A stretch of DNA of 64,000 nt. Source: Neoechinorhynchus agilis. Its lineage: Eukaryota; Animalia; Acanthocephala. A program made the position numbers and the translations under genes. Position 1 is the stretch's first letter; every line of letters begins with the position of its first letter. Below the pieces are notes generated by a model that saw only the letters and a list, made by a program, of their open reading frames with translations, ran no database searches and was not told where the DNA came from. The stretch covers positions 3,152,151-3,216,150 of the forward strand of contig CM121341.1 in NCBI GenBank assembly GCA_051530055.1. The letters run 5' to 3'. Shown one piece after another: positions 54,085-64,000 of this stretch.

Positions 54085-54576
54085 CTTTTATTGACCAAAT
54101 AATTGTTCGGGCGCACGTTTACTCTTCCCCGCAATATTATTTAATCACTCTTCTCCTTGTGTTAGTTTCCTTACTATGGGGGGGGGAAATTATATCAAAG
54201 GATGAATCATCTCTTTGGACACTGGCCAGCCGGTAACTTTTTGTATTATGTATCAATGCACGGCATTTTTCCACGGATGATAATTTTCCATATGCACAAA
54301 GCCCGCCGATCTGGCTCAGGGAAGCGCATAAAATCACTTAATATCCCGCTGAACCATACGGTCAAGAGTTTGTACGAATCACTCCGGATTCTCGGATACC
54401 TCCCGGGAAGGCGGGACTCATCAGTGAGTTTCCTTTCTTCATTGAGGCATTTCGTCCTCTTTTTGCTTATGCGTCATTGGCGGTAACGGATTCGAACCAG
54501 TTGACCCTTAATCGGGATCACGGGCATTAGTCCACTTGACCTCCTCGACACAACTACGGAATGTCAAACTCAGCCA
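54085..54576 (-). mobile_element. tRNA-headed repeat (Pol III A/B boxes, permuted hammerhead, body), most complete copy
   Basis: A-box AGGTCAAGTGG (54542-32), B-box GGTTCGAATCC (54498-88), hammerhead strands at 54457-54386, body shared with copies at 54605 and 54810. Confidence 0.8.
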
Positions 54577-54604
54577 TCGGGATCAAGGGAATTGATCCAC
54601 TTGA

Positions 54605-54770
54605 TGAGGATCCAGAGGAATGCACAAACTCTTCAGAGTATAAGTGATTCAATCACTTCTCTGATGCAGGAGATCGGCGGGCTGTGTGTCCAAGGAAAAT
54701 TATCAGCCGTGGAAAAAGGCCGCACATTGATACATAATAAAAGTTACTGGCTGGTTAATCTTCAAAGAAA
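54605..54770 (+). repeat. Body-only copy of the tRNA/hammerhead repeat
   Basis: tgaggatcc..cacaaactctt..tcacttctctgatgc..gatcggcgggctgtgtg..ggaaaattatcagccgtggaaaaa. Confidence 0.75.
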
Positions 54771-54809
54771 CAGAAAAAAATCAATGGCCTTGAATTAACA
54801 AATCAAAAC

Positions 54810-55200
54810 TGGCTGAGTTTGTACATTCCGTAGTTGTGTCGAGGTGGTCAAGTGGACTAATGTCCTTGATCCCTTTTGATGGTCATCTGGTTAGAATCCG
54901 TTACCTCCAATGACGCCCAACCAAAGAGGGGGCGAAATACCGCTGAATGAGGAAACTCACTGATGAGTCCCGCCTCCTGGAGACAGGGATTTGCAAACTC
55001 TTTACCGTACAGGTTTTATGCGCTTCCCTGCGCCAGATCGGTGAGCTGTGTGCCCAAGGAAAATTATCAGCCGTGGAAAAAGAAGGAATTATATTGAAAT
55101 ATTTCGTCCAAACGCACTGGACCTCTTCAGTCAGGTTTCGGAGGTGCGATTGGACGAAGTATTTCAATATAATTCATTCTTTGATATAATTTTCCCCCAC
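54810..55200 (+). mobile_element. tRNA-headed repeat copy; third hammerhead strand degenerate; homology resumes at about 55495-55560
   Basis: A-box TGGTCAAGTGG 54845-55, variant B-box GGTTAGAATCC 54889-99, GGGGC GAAA 54929-37, CTGATGA GTCCC 54960-71. Confidence 0.78.
55095..55133 (-). ncRNA. Minimal type I hammerhead of PLE type, intact
   Basis: TGA CTGAAGA G GTCCA gtgcgtt TGGAC GAAA TA T T TCA: 3-bp helix I, 5-bp helix II, palindromic ATAT in place of helix III. Confidence 0.65.
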
Positions 55201-55559
55201 CGCTACATACTCATGGAATTCATCTTTAAGTTTCGTTACTGCAACGTTCAAAAAATCAATTTTATGCCCTGTCGACGCAACGTGGTTGCAAATTGCAGAG
55301 GCGCTTTTTATACGTTGTATGGTGGGTAATACGCCTTCTTAGAATCTGAGGATGCTTCCAAGAGATAGCAGCGAACATTCAAGGAAGTGTAAGATCACTT
55401 TCGGGCTTCACGACCCGGGTACCTGAGTTCCTTTCATGTAAGCACCAATTAATCTAAAACGTAACCGCATGCAGTCGAGAAAATTTACAATAAATCAATT
55501 AATATTGCGGGGAGGTTAAGAGTAAAGTTGCGCCAGAACACCAAGAAACTATTTGACCA

Positions 55560-57040
55560 AATAATCTACACCGATGGCAATTCCTGCAGCTGCGGGAGGG
55601 TATGGAAGTTCTTGTAAATAGTCAAAAGTATCATTGCACGTATTTCATTGAGTGATAGAGGCGGTGATCAAATTTTGATCGATAAAGAGGACGAAAAGAT
55701 CATGAACGGAATCAAAAGACGATTGCGAATTGAGGCGCAAGAAGTTGAACTGCATCTTTCGTGACATGATGGCCACAAGAGATTTGAAAGGAATAAGTGG
55801 CTTCATGCATGGACCATTGCGGATGCCGTTTAGTCTGGTGACATTGGCAACAGCGCCTTCGCTTAAATGCAGACCGATTATTTCGTCAGTCAATGGACAT
55901 GCGTACCGATTATCTCACTTCCTGGCGATTAGCCTACTGCTTCAGAGAACGAGTTCAAATTTACAGAATGTATAGGGCTTACTTAATTCTCTGAATGCGC
56001 GATGCAATGACTTAAATCTTAGCCAGGTTATGCCTTTTGATTTTGTCTCTCACTATCGACAATGAGGGAGCGTTACGAGCACTTGAGAAGCGGCTGCATG
56101 AAAGCCAACGAGCGTGATTCGACTCTTTTGAAGAGTTTTAGATTACAACTTCTTTCGATATAACCATCGACTTTATAGACCAATCCGCGGACTGTCAATG
56201 GGTAACACCTTTGCTCCCGTCTTGGCAATGATTTGGAAAAGCAGTATATCTTCCCACATTTAACGCCGAGCCAAATTTATCTCGGCTATGTGGATGATGC
56301 GCTGTTAACCTACAGAGAGAATTGTGAGCTCGATGACATGGCGTGGAGGTTCAATTTTATGGATTCCAATGGAGTGATTAAGGCGAGGCAAGACAAACCA
56401 TCGGATTATCTGCCATTCCTCAATTCAAATTTCAAAGTTAATGATGTCACTGATTTCAGTTGGTATCGCATTTTTGGATAATGAAACATGCAATTTATGC
56501 TGAGATGCACAGGACAGCTCTGATTTGCTCATTTTCATTAACAGAGGAACAATTGGCGGTAGACAGAATGAACGCATTTTTCACTGATAATGGCGCGAAA
56601 AAATGCGGTTCCAGCAGCGACGTAATTCAAGAAAAGAGAAACGAAAAGGTGATCGCTCACGGAATCGACATGGCGGAAAATCGATTCTCATAGAAAAATT
56701 CACTAGTGACACTCGGAAACTCCTGCGGCAATCGAAAATGGATGTCCGGATTGTCCACAGAAGCGCAACTACCACCAAACGAATCTTAACGAGAAGCCGG
56801 AAACATGTCCACAATCGTTCTTGATGTGTACTCACGCATCGTAGAAGTCCTTGGGCAAAAATGGCCGACAGGATTCTATTTGCACTCGAAGCAACGAGGT
56901 CGACCTGTGAACGATGTTTCACCCATGACAATCGCGCGTTCATCTATAGATAAGCAAGATTGAACGGCATTTGCTTCAACGTTTGACAGAACACGTTCGC
57001 AACGCATTGAATCCGGACGCAAAATCATGGCTACACTGTG
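55560..57040 (+). mobile_element. Penelope-like element remnant (RT and GIY-YIG)
   Basis: SDRGGDQILIDKED, KCRPIISSVNG..YRLS, GLSMGNTFAPVLA, YLGYVDD, YLPFLN, and ERHLLQRLTEH resembling the GIY-YIG R.L..R..EH motif. Confidence 0.85.
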
Positions 57041-58200
57041 GGCAAGGAACCCTTAGCTTTGTGGCTAACGACTCGGTGGTGCAAAGCAATCTTTTCGGAG
57101 TCGTATGACATTGACCTTACAATCCGGGTGCTTGTATATAAAACACGATACCGGGCACTGTGGCGTTGTTTTCGTGGTACGTTGTACTTGTTAATATCCG
57201 GCGTAATGCTGGAGCGTTCTTGTGAATCAATCGAACATCCAGTCCTGTCAATTTTAGAAGCCTACTGGTGTCGCTCGTGAATTCCTCGCTTACAAATGGG
57301 ATCCCGAGGATGGGTAAGGAATCGCAATTCTTTTCCTTCTTCCTCGAACGTCTGCCAACGGTCCGGTGAAGATTAGCAAATCCTTGCAGTCTTATACATC
57401 GCAGTATAGATCGCTCATCACCCAAGAGGATGGTGAGAGGCTTTCTTGCAAGGTTTAGGGTACAATTTAAATATCGCAAGCTGAGAAAGTGTAAATAGTC
57501 CGCTCGGTTGCTTCTCGTCACTCTTAACCGCCCCCGCTGTGTCCATTGTATTGAACCTCTGTTCCAAAATTCATCTACTCCAGACGTCTTCCTGTAAGAC
57601 AGTAGCACGTCGTTTACATATCTCAAGTAAATCCGTTTTTCGGTAAAGTGTGGAAAGGGGTTGTCTCTTCAAATTGTCCAAAGAACAAAATGGCCAATAC
57701 TAGAACAAGGCTGCTGTTCCCCATAGCCAATCTTCGGACTTGCTGGTAGAGCTTATTTCCAAACCGTTTTTCGGTAAAGTGTGGAAAGGGGTTGTCTCTT
57801 CAAATTGTCCAAAGAACAAAATGGCCAATACTAGAACAAGGCTGCTGTTCCCCATAGCCAATCTTCGGACTTGCTGGTAGAGCCTATTTCCAAACCTGAA
57901 GAGATTATATTTGAGAATCAAGCATAGACATTAATCTACATTTACTTAAATCCTCTCGCCGGGAATGCAAGGACTCAATCAGTCTCTCTCTGCATTTTGT
58001 GTGCCGTTTGAAGGAGTGGACTGAGGGTTACAGCTAACAGTTTTGAAACCCTACACCAAGAGCGAACCTCTGGCATCTTATTCGTTTTGATCATTGAGTG
58101 CATTACTCGCACTTTGCGAAGGGCATAATTCATTTCTTTAGGGCTTCCTTCATTATCATCCTTCTCTTCTGTAACACACGATTTTAGCCTCGCCAGGTTC
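57040..58200 (-). mobile_element. Second Penelope-like remnant, tail-to-tail with the previous one; internal 131-bp tandem duplication (57633-57894)
   Basis: YQQVRRLAMGNSSLVLVLA, RYVND, YLHFL, PGIVFYIQ. Confidence 0.82.
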
Positions 58201-59163
58201 GCAGTGTATTTGATTATGTCGACGAGAATCGGTAAAACTTAAAATAATTCACAACTCGTTTTTATTTTTTTCGAGGGCTTTTAAAGTAATATGGATTTTT
58301 TAATAGTCATTTAAGCTGTTTTATGAAACTGCGAATGCGCTAATTTGATCCTTTTACCAGAAAAAAATGAATCTTTAAAAAAATCGCAATTTTTAGAATT
58401 GAAATTTTACGGTAATTGGAATTTTGCCTTTAATTAAATAAAAACTGCGATCGATTTCATGTTAAGAAATTAGTTTCTACTGACAATGCGATTCTCGTAA
58501 TCTCACTGACATTAAGAAAAAACGACTGGGGTGTTTGAGAAATAGACTCTTCAATAAGATTTGCAAATCACACAGTTTTTTAATTTGCCAATATCCTTTG
58601 TTTGAAAGGAAAAAAGTTAATTCTATATTTCAAGCTTGTTTAAAACTTTGATGAAAGGTGATAAAGACACGAGATTGTGCCGAAATATCGGCATCAATAA
58701 ATTCTTGTAATTTTTTCGCCATATAAAAACACGTTTCAAGTTTAACGTTTTCGAATGTTAATTTTTCCAAAGTTATGATTCCCATGAATGTAAAATTCAG
58801 AAGTGCATTTAATAAGCAATCACGGTAAAAGGCGAAGTGTATTAATCTAACAAAAGTTCAAGTTGAAACTCTTTACGAATAATCGAGATACAAAATAAAA
58901 AAATTTATCCACTCATGGAAAAACGATTAGAATAAGATTAAATTTTGCACTTGTTAATGGCGAGCTTAAATTAGTAAATTTGTTGTAGAGCTAAAATATT
59001 TTGAAGTTTCTTAGAGTGCAAGAAATTTTCGAAGATTTCATTCCTAAAGAGTTGTCCATTTCTTCGTATTATTAAGACCGTCCAACACCGCCACATTCTT
59101 GCATAGATATCGATTCGTAAAGAAAAGTTACACATATCGTCTCGTTCACCCATATCGCTAAGT

Positions 59164-60540
59164 TCACACAGCGACTCGATCGACAAAATCCATCAAACGT
59201 CTTGCATATTGCTCAGGTTTAACTGAACTTATCTCAGCTTCTGCACCGTACTTTGCGGTTTTAGCGAGGTGAGCGGTCTTTTTTCTGGTTCCGTAGAAAG
59301 TAAGCATTTTTGAAATGCCAAGAAAATAAATTTCCCGTCTAGGGGCAGAGGTAATACTGGCAATTCCGCAACTACTTTGACTACATCCAAACAAAGGTCT
59401 CGTATTAAGAAACACAAAATCCTCTTGCTCACCACCGTTGGACGTACGATCGCTATCATCGGCCGAGATTTCTGGAGCAGTACAAACACCGGTATTATTG
59501 ATATTATCGAAATTTCCAGTTTCCATAGAATCATCGACACTGTTAACGTCCAACATTTCTTGTTCTTCCTTTAATCTCGCTGCAGCTTCTGCTGCATCAA
59601 CGTCATGAATTCCGATAACGAGCGAATAATCCATAATGTTAAGACGAGCTAAAAACTCCGTGTCACGCTTTAAAGTTTCAAGTAAATTTTGTTTCGCTGT
59701 TTCTCCAATATAAAGACATCTACCGGCGTTCACAAAATCATTGTCTTTGTACTCAGGCGGTTCGCGGAGCCGTTCTCGACTATTGGCAAACCGATCGACT
59801 GTCGATCCTTTAATGTCGTAGATTTCATGTATAGGTAATCGACTAGAGAAAATGCTTTTAAGAACGAGTAGATAACTTGATTTATCATCAACACTAAGAC
59901 GGAAAAGTCCAAGAAATTTCGGCAAAAGGGTGTTACCGCTGGTTTCAATGTAGTGTTTATGAGTGTCAGCTAAGAGAGAATGTAGATTGGCAACATCCTC
60001 ACTTGTGATTGATCGGACGTAGAACTTCTTATCTGCAGATAGCCACATTTTTTCTTGATTCTTAAAAGGAGTAAGTTGTCCACTAGTGAACGAAATTTGC
60101 CATTGTCTCTCAGTAACGCCAAAAATTCGTCTGAATGCTCGAAAAACGAGCGGACAGTATATTTTAAACTTGTACCGACCCGGGAGTACATCCTGATTAA
60201 AATACTGAAGATCGACTTTGACTTTCATGTACGCTTTGAAATCATCAGGAAGTAGCATTACCGGCATGTTGACATGAGACATTTCGACAGCGGAGTAGTT
60301 GACACCCCACATGAACACTGAAAAGAATGGTTCATTCGCGCGGAATAGTTTCCGCTTTTGGTGTTTAACCTTGAACTTGGATTTCGTTTTCATCCTGGGT
60401 GCAGGAATAGCGTCCATATCAACCGAAATAGTTCGTTTGTGGTGGTTCCGCCGTAATGGTTGAGTTTTTGGTGATTTTACAAAGATTCCCTTTCGTATTT
60501 GAATTAAGTGGTTACTCAGATAAATTTCTAACAACGTCAA
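59164..60540 (-). CDS. PIP4K2: Type II PIP kinase (PI5P 4-kinase) homolog; start uncertain (first ATG at 60417)
   Basis: KFKVKHQKRKLFRANEPFFSVFMWGVN, LLPDDFKAY, YDIKGSTVDR, YKDNDF, IMDYSL, HLAKTAKYGAEAEISSVKPEQYARR. Confidence 0.95.
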   Translation of the reverse strand: MTLLEIYLSNHLIQIRKGIFVKSPKTQPLRRNHHKRTISVDMDAIPAPRMKTKSKFKVKHQKRKLFRANEPFFSVFMWGVNYSAVEMSHVNMPVMLLPDDFKAYMKVKVDLQYFNQDVLPGRYKFKIYCPLVFRAFRRIFGVTERQWQISFTSGQLTPFKNQEKMWLSADKKFYVRSITSEDVANLHSLLADTHKHYIETSGNTLLPKFLGLFRLSVDDKSSYLLVLKSIFSSRLPIHEIYDIKGSTVDRFANSRERLREPPEYKDNDFVNAGRCLYIGETAKQNLLETLKRDTEFLARLNIMDYSLVIGIHDVDAAEAAARLKEEQEMLDVNSVDDSMETGNFDNINNTGVCTAPEISADDSDRTSNGGEQEDFVFLNTRPLFGCSQSSCGIASITSAPRREIYFLGISKMLTFYGTRKKTAHLAKTAKYGAEAEISSVKPEQYARRLMDFVDRVAV

Positions 60541-60924
60541 TCTTTTCTGTCACCTATTTTTAATCCTTTGTGCTAAGTAATCCAACTGTCCCTTGCCTAA
60601 GACTAATGGACGACTGAGCATTTTTAGCCTATTGTCGTTTTTATGATTAACATTAGCTGAGAAGTGCATCTTGTTTATTAGTTAACCTTTAAGAACATTA
60701 ACTGAAACTTTCTAGAAAAGCTTAAAAGTCTTCAACATTTCCTGCGAAGACTTTATCGCCCCAATTGGAAGACATCGATCGCTTAACCTTGTGATGCATT
60801 TTCATTTGCGCTACACGAGAACGTCTCAAAGTTGCATCCCTCATCCCTCCACAAAATAAACTATATTTTTTGTTTCATGCCACTTGATGACATTTCTTTA
60901 TTTAGCCGAAAGCTCAGTATCATG

Positions 60925-61225
60925 CACATACCACGGCGTCCCGGTGGTTCCACGGTCGTTCCGCAATGGCAGCGATGGGATGCTCACATCGGTACCCGAA
61001 GTCTCAGGGACACTGCAATCCTTACTGTCTCCTCGGAGGGAATAGTACCCACAGAAACGATTGGGATAGCGTTGAGCCAAGCACCCGATTCTCTTGTAGA
61101 GACTGTTGCTAATCGAGTTCGGTTCACCAGGTCACGAGAATCTGACATTGAAGAGTTATGAATTCTCGTTACCAGGGGTGAGTTGCAACCATTGAGGGGT
61201 AATTGCTCGTTACCGGAATCTTCCC
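60925..61225 (-). mobile_element. CRE-like LINE fragment, direct repeat of about 49560-49860
   Basis: Shared gaaacgatt.ggatagcgttgagccaagcac.cgattctcttgtagagactg..aatcgagttcggttcaccaggtcacgagaatctgacattgaagagttatgaattctc. Confidence 0.85.
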
Positions 61226-61319
61226 ATCAAAGATTAAGAGTCTCCACGAAATATTCATCCAAAGTGTAATTCTCGCTAAGAACGGATTGAACTATTTTGT
61301 TGATTGCTTCATACGATCC

Positions 61320-62170
61320 CATATAAGCTGACAGAAAAATATCGACTGCTTTTCGAATACCCAAACTGCCGGACGGCGGTTGTGCCTATTCTACGATAAA
61401 GAAATCACTTATGAAAAACAAGCAATCGAAGATCGAATTCGTAATCACATAATCATCAAAACTCCGCACAATGAGGTTCGGGACAAAGCTCTTCAGGTGG
61501 TTTCCCTGTCGCTGTCAGATGTTATGAAGGTGTGTGAAACTTACGAAATGCTGAAGGACACAATGTGGAAAAAAGATCCAGTGGACCCGCAAGGAGACAC
61601 AAATATCGATGAGCTGTCACAACATCGGGCTAAACAGTTTCCGAACCTGAATGAAGGTCCTCGTCGGTGTACGAAACCTTTGAAATCTTATGGTGGAAAA
61701 ACAATGCAGACGATGTTGAAGTGCTCAGTGCAGATGAAGCTTAGCCAACAATAAAGGAGGTTAGAAGGTATCGTGGTCCGAGGTCGACAGCGCTGGTGGA
61801 CAGCAGTCGCACATGCGCGTATAGACGTTTTTTGGTGTGTTTTGAAGTTTTGAGGAGTGGCTATTAAAACTCTACGGTTTCGAAGCATTATTGATAGCGG
61901 TCCGAGTACCACAAGCAATACGAACACCACATCGCTCATCTTGGGGAAGAGCCCTAGTAGAATGTAGCCGAACAGCGTAATGGCTGTGTAATTAGGGTCC
62001 AGCGCACGTCTTTTGTTGAAGACAGTTCCAATAAATTTAAACTTTAGATTCGAGAATTGTTCACCTGAATGTTTTAGAATTTTCCCGCCGCCCAAGGTGC
62101 CCAGCAAGCTCATATTTATCAGTCCTCTAAGATCTTCCTCCTTTACTTTCTTCACTGAGTCGATTACTTC
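61320..62170 (+). mobile_element. Ty3/Gypsy-like gag remnant, possibly with a decayed protease
   Basis: IEDRIRNHIIIKTPHNEVRDKALQVVSLSLSDVMKVCETYE fits the gag pattern IRDRIV.G..D..LR.KLL....LTL..AI.IC...E; frameshifted FKL-DSR near 62040. Confidence 0.45.
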
Positions 62171-62175
62171 TGTCC

Positions 62176-62355
<180 letters not shown>

Positions 62356-62440
62356 CGAATCGCATAAACGGGGTTTTCGTCGTCCGATGAAATGATAATT
62401 CGTGTCGTAAAATTCTTTGCTATCCTCGATAGACGGGCAT

Positions 62441-63092
62441 CTCAACGCGCTGAATCCAAAGCTGTTTTCGGATTTTCGATAGCTGCCATAGTTCTAATTT
62501 TTCGTCTTTCAATTTTTAGACCAATAATTTTTATTATCGATATCAAAACATCAATCAATTTCAGATAAAATTAACTTTTCAAGATCTACTTTTAAAGCCG
62601 ATTTTACCTGACTTTACTGTTTCTCGTAGCCTTTGCAATCTATAAATTTAGTTTGAATATTGATGTTCATAAAAGACACTTTAATTTAATGCATGGTGCG
62701 AGGACGCGGTTAAGATCTCATATCACATTCTGAACATCTCTGATGCGCTGATTTTGATGGGTTTGTCCAATTTTTATTGATCTTGCAAATTTAGTGAGCT
62801 TTCACTGCTATGATTTTACACGAAAAATAACAATGCGATTTCCGACCTCAATAATATAGCTGTCGTTTATAAATTATGTTCAGTTGTTCATCTCAATGCG
62901 CTGATTCCATGCCTGTGTTCGGATTTGCGATAGCTGCCGTAGTTCTTGAGTTATTCGTCTACAAGTTTTAGGTCAATAACCTTGATTATCAATATCAAAA
63001 CATCAATAAATTTCGCATCAAATAACCCTTCCTGGATCTACTTTTATAGCTGATTTTATCTGGATTTACTTTTTTGTAGTCTATGCAATCTA
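62441..63092. repeat. Diverged duplication of about 200 bp (62441-62642 versus 62892-63092)
   Basis: ctcaa.gcgctga.tcca..cg(g)att..cgatagctgcc.tagttct..atatcaaaacatcaat..gatctactttta..tgcaatcta. Confidence 0.75.
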
Positions 63093-63744
63093 GATTTTTG
63101 TGATTAAGGCATTCTGTGAGATAAAGAAAGGCAGCAATGGGCAGCTGAACTAAGGAGAAATCGAAAATAATTACTTGCTAGGATATTAATCAAATGACTA
63201 AAATCAGAGTTTACGAAAATGCCTTAACATTTCCATTAGTACCCTTTTTATCTAGCACTTAAAAGGCGATTTCAAACAAAAATCAGTATAAATAATATCT
63301 TATTCGTCAAATTTCTTATATTTTAATAATTTCTATACTCGTTGTTTATTAAAGGTTTCAGCTCAAAACTGTCGAATCAGAAACAATGGATCGTGCTAAA
63401 AAACATTTGCATTGATCGGCGATAAACGTTTTACCAAAATACACTGAATACAAATTTTCTAGCACAATAATTGAAAAGTCGTTTGCTTTCATTAGAGTAA
63501 AGTAAGTGTCGGGTGATGGTATTCATCGCAAAATTTTGTTTCCTTAAAATCGCAGTGTTGGGGGGTTGAGAAAATCCCCATCACATTGCGACTGAAGTTC
63601 TTTTTTTCTCCAAATCTTAAGTTTTATGTGGCTATTTATAGCGAGGAGGAACCACTCGGCGTGAACACGATTGCAAAATCGATCGGAAACTTTCCCGTCT
63701 TTGTGGATTTGTTGATTAAGATAAAAGTATTATCTACGTATCTC
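63093..63744 (-). mobile_element. Penelope-like fragment, inverted copy of 624-1300
   Basis: High-identity reverse-complement match starting at the RYVD codons. Confidence 0.9.
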
Positions 63745-63835
63745 CCCTTTGGCTGTGCGTCATTGGTGGTAACGGATTCGAACCACTTGACCCCTAATCG
63801 GTATCATGGGCATTAGTCCACTTGACCACCTCGAC
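63745..63835 (-). mobile_element. tRNA-like head of the hammerhead repeat, fused directly to PLE RT sequence
   Basis: A-box (plus strand ccacttgacca 63818-28), B-box (ggattcgaacc 63774-84); junction gacgcacagccaaagggg|agatacgtag. Confidence 0.8.
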
Positions 63836-63889
63836 TGCCAGTAAAACTTAAAAAATATAGAACACGGCGCTATCCCTGAGCCGATGAAC

Positions 63890-64000
63890 TGGCTGAGTTT
63901 GACATTTCGTAGTTGCGTCGAGATGGTCAAGTGGACTAATGCCCATGATCCCGATTAGGGGTCAAGTGGTTCGAATCCGTTACCACCAATGACGCACAGC
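63890..64000 (+). mobile_element. tRNA-like head of the hammerhead repeat, running off the window end
   Basis: tggctgag leader; A-box TGGTCAAGTGG 63924-34; B-box GGTTCGAATCC 63968-78. Confidence 0.85.

Noticed and set aside
63917-63988. tRNA-like heads as functional tRNA genes
   Set aside because: No 7-bp acceptor stem or canonical anticodon arm; they share flanks typical of a repeat

Overview
AT-rich genomic DNA from an invertebrate animal with compact genes (intronless, or mostly 30-60 nt introns). The taxon cannot be named from sequence alone. Host genes: CRAL-TRIO protein, NHL-repeat protein, PB1-like protein, secreted Pro/His-rich ShKT precursor, FMRFamide-receptor-like GPCR, SLC46-like MFS transporter, liprin-beta, PRPF4, tRNA-Glu(CTC), coronin and PIP4K2. 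Mobile and repetitive DNA: a frameshifted CR1/L2-type LINE, several Penelope-like element (PLE) remnants, 3' fragments of a CRE-like LINE, a Ty3/Gypsy gag remnant, and tandem arrays of 266, 209 (dimeric) and 192 bp. The main hidden signal is a ribozyme system. A repeat family with a tRNA-derived Pol III head carries a hammerhead core whose three strands are in a non-circularly permuted, pseudoknotted order. This module abuts PLE coding remnants at two loci. Separately, several short palindromes that look like MITEs are built from minimal PLE-type hammerheads, with four different palindromic tetramers (AGCT, ATAT, AATT, probably ACGT) in place of helix III. The PIP4K2 looks like a pseudokinase (catalytic Lys to Arg, metal-binding Asp to Lys). 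All alignments and folds were done by eye.
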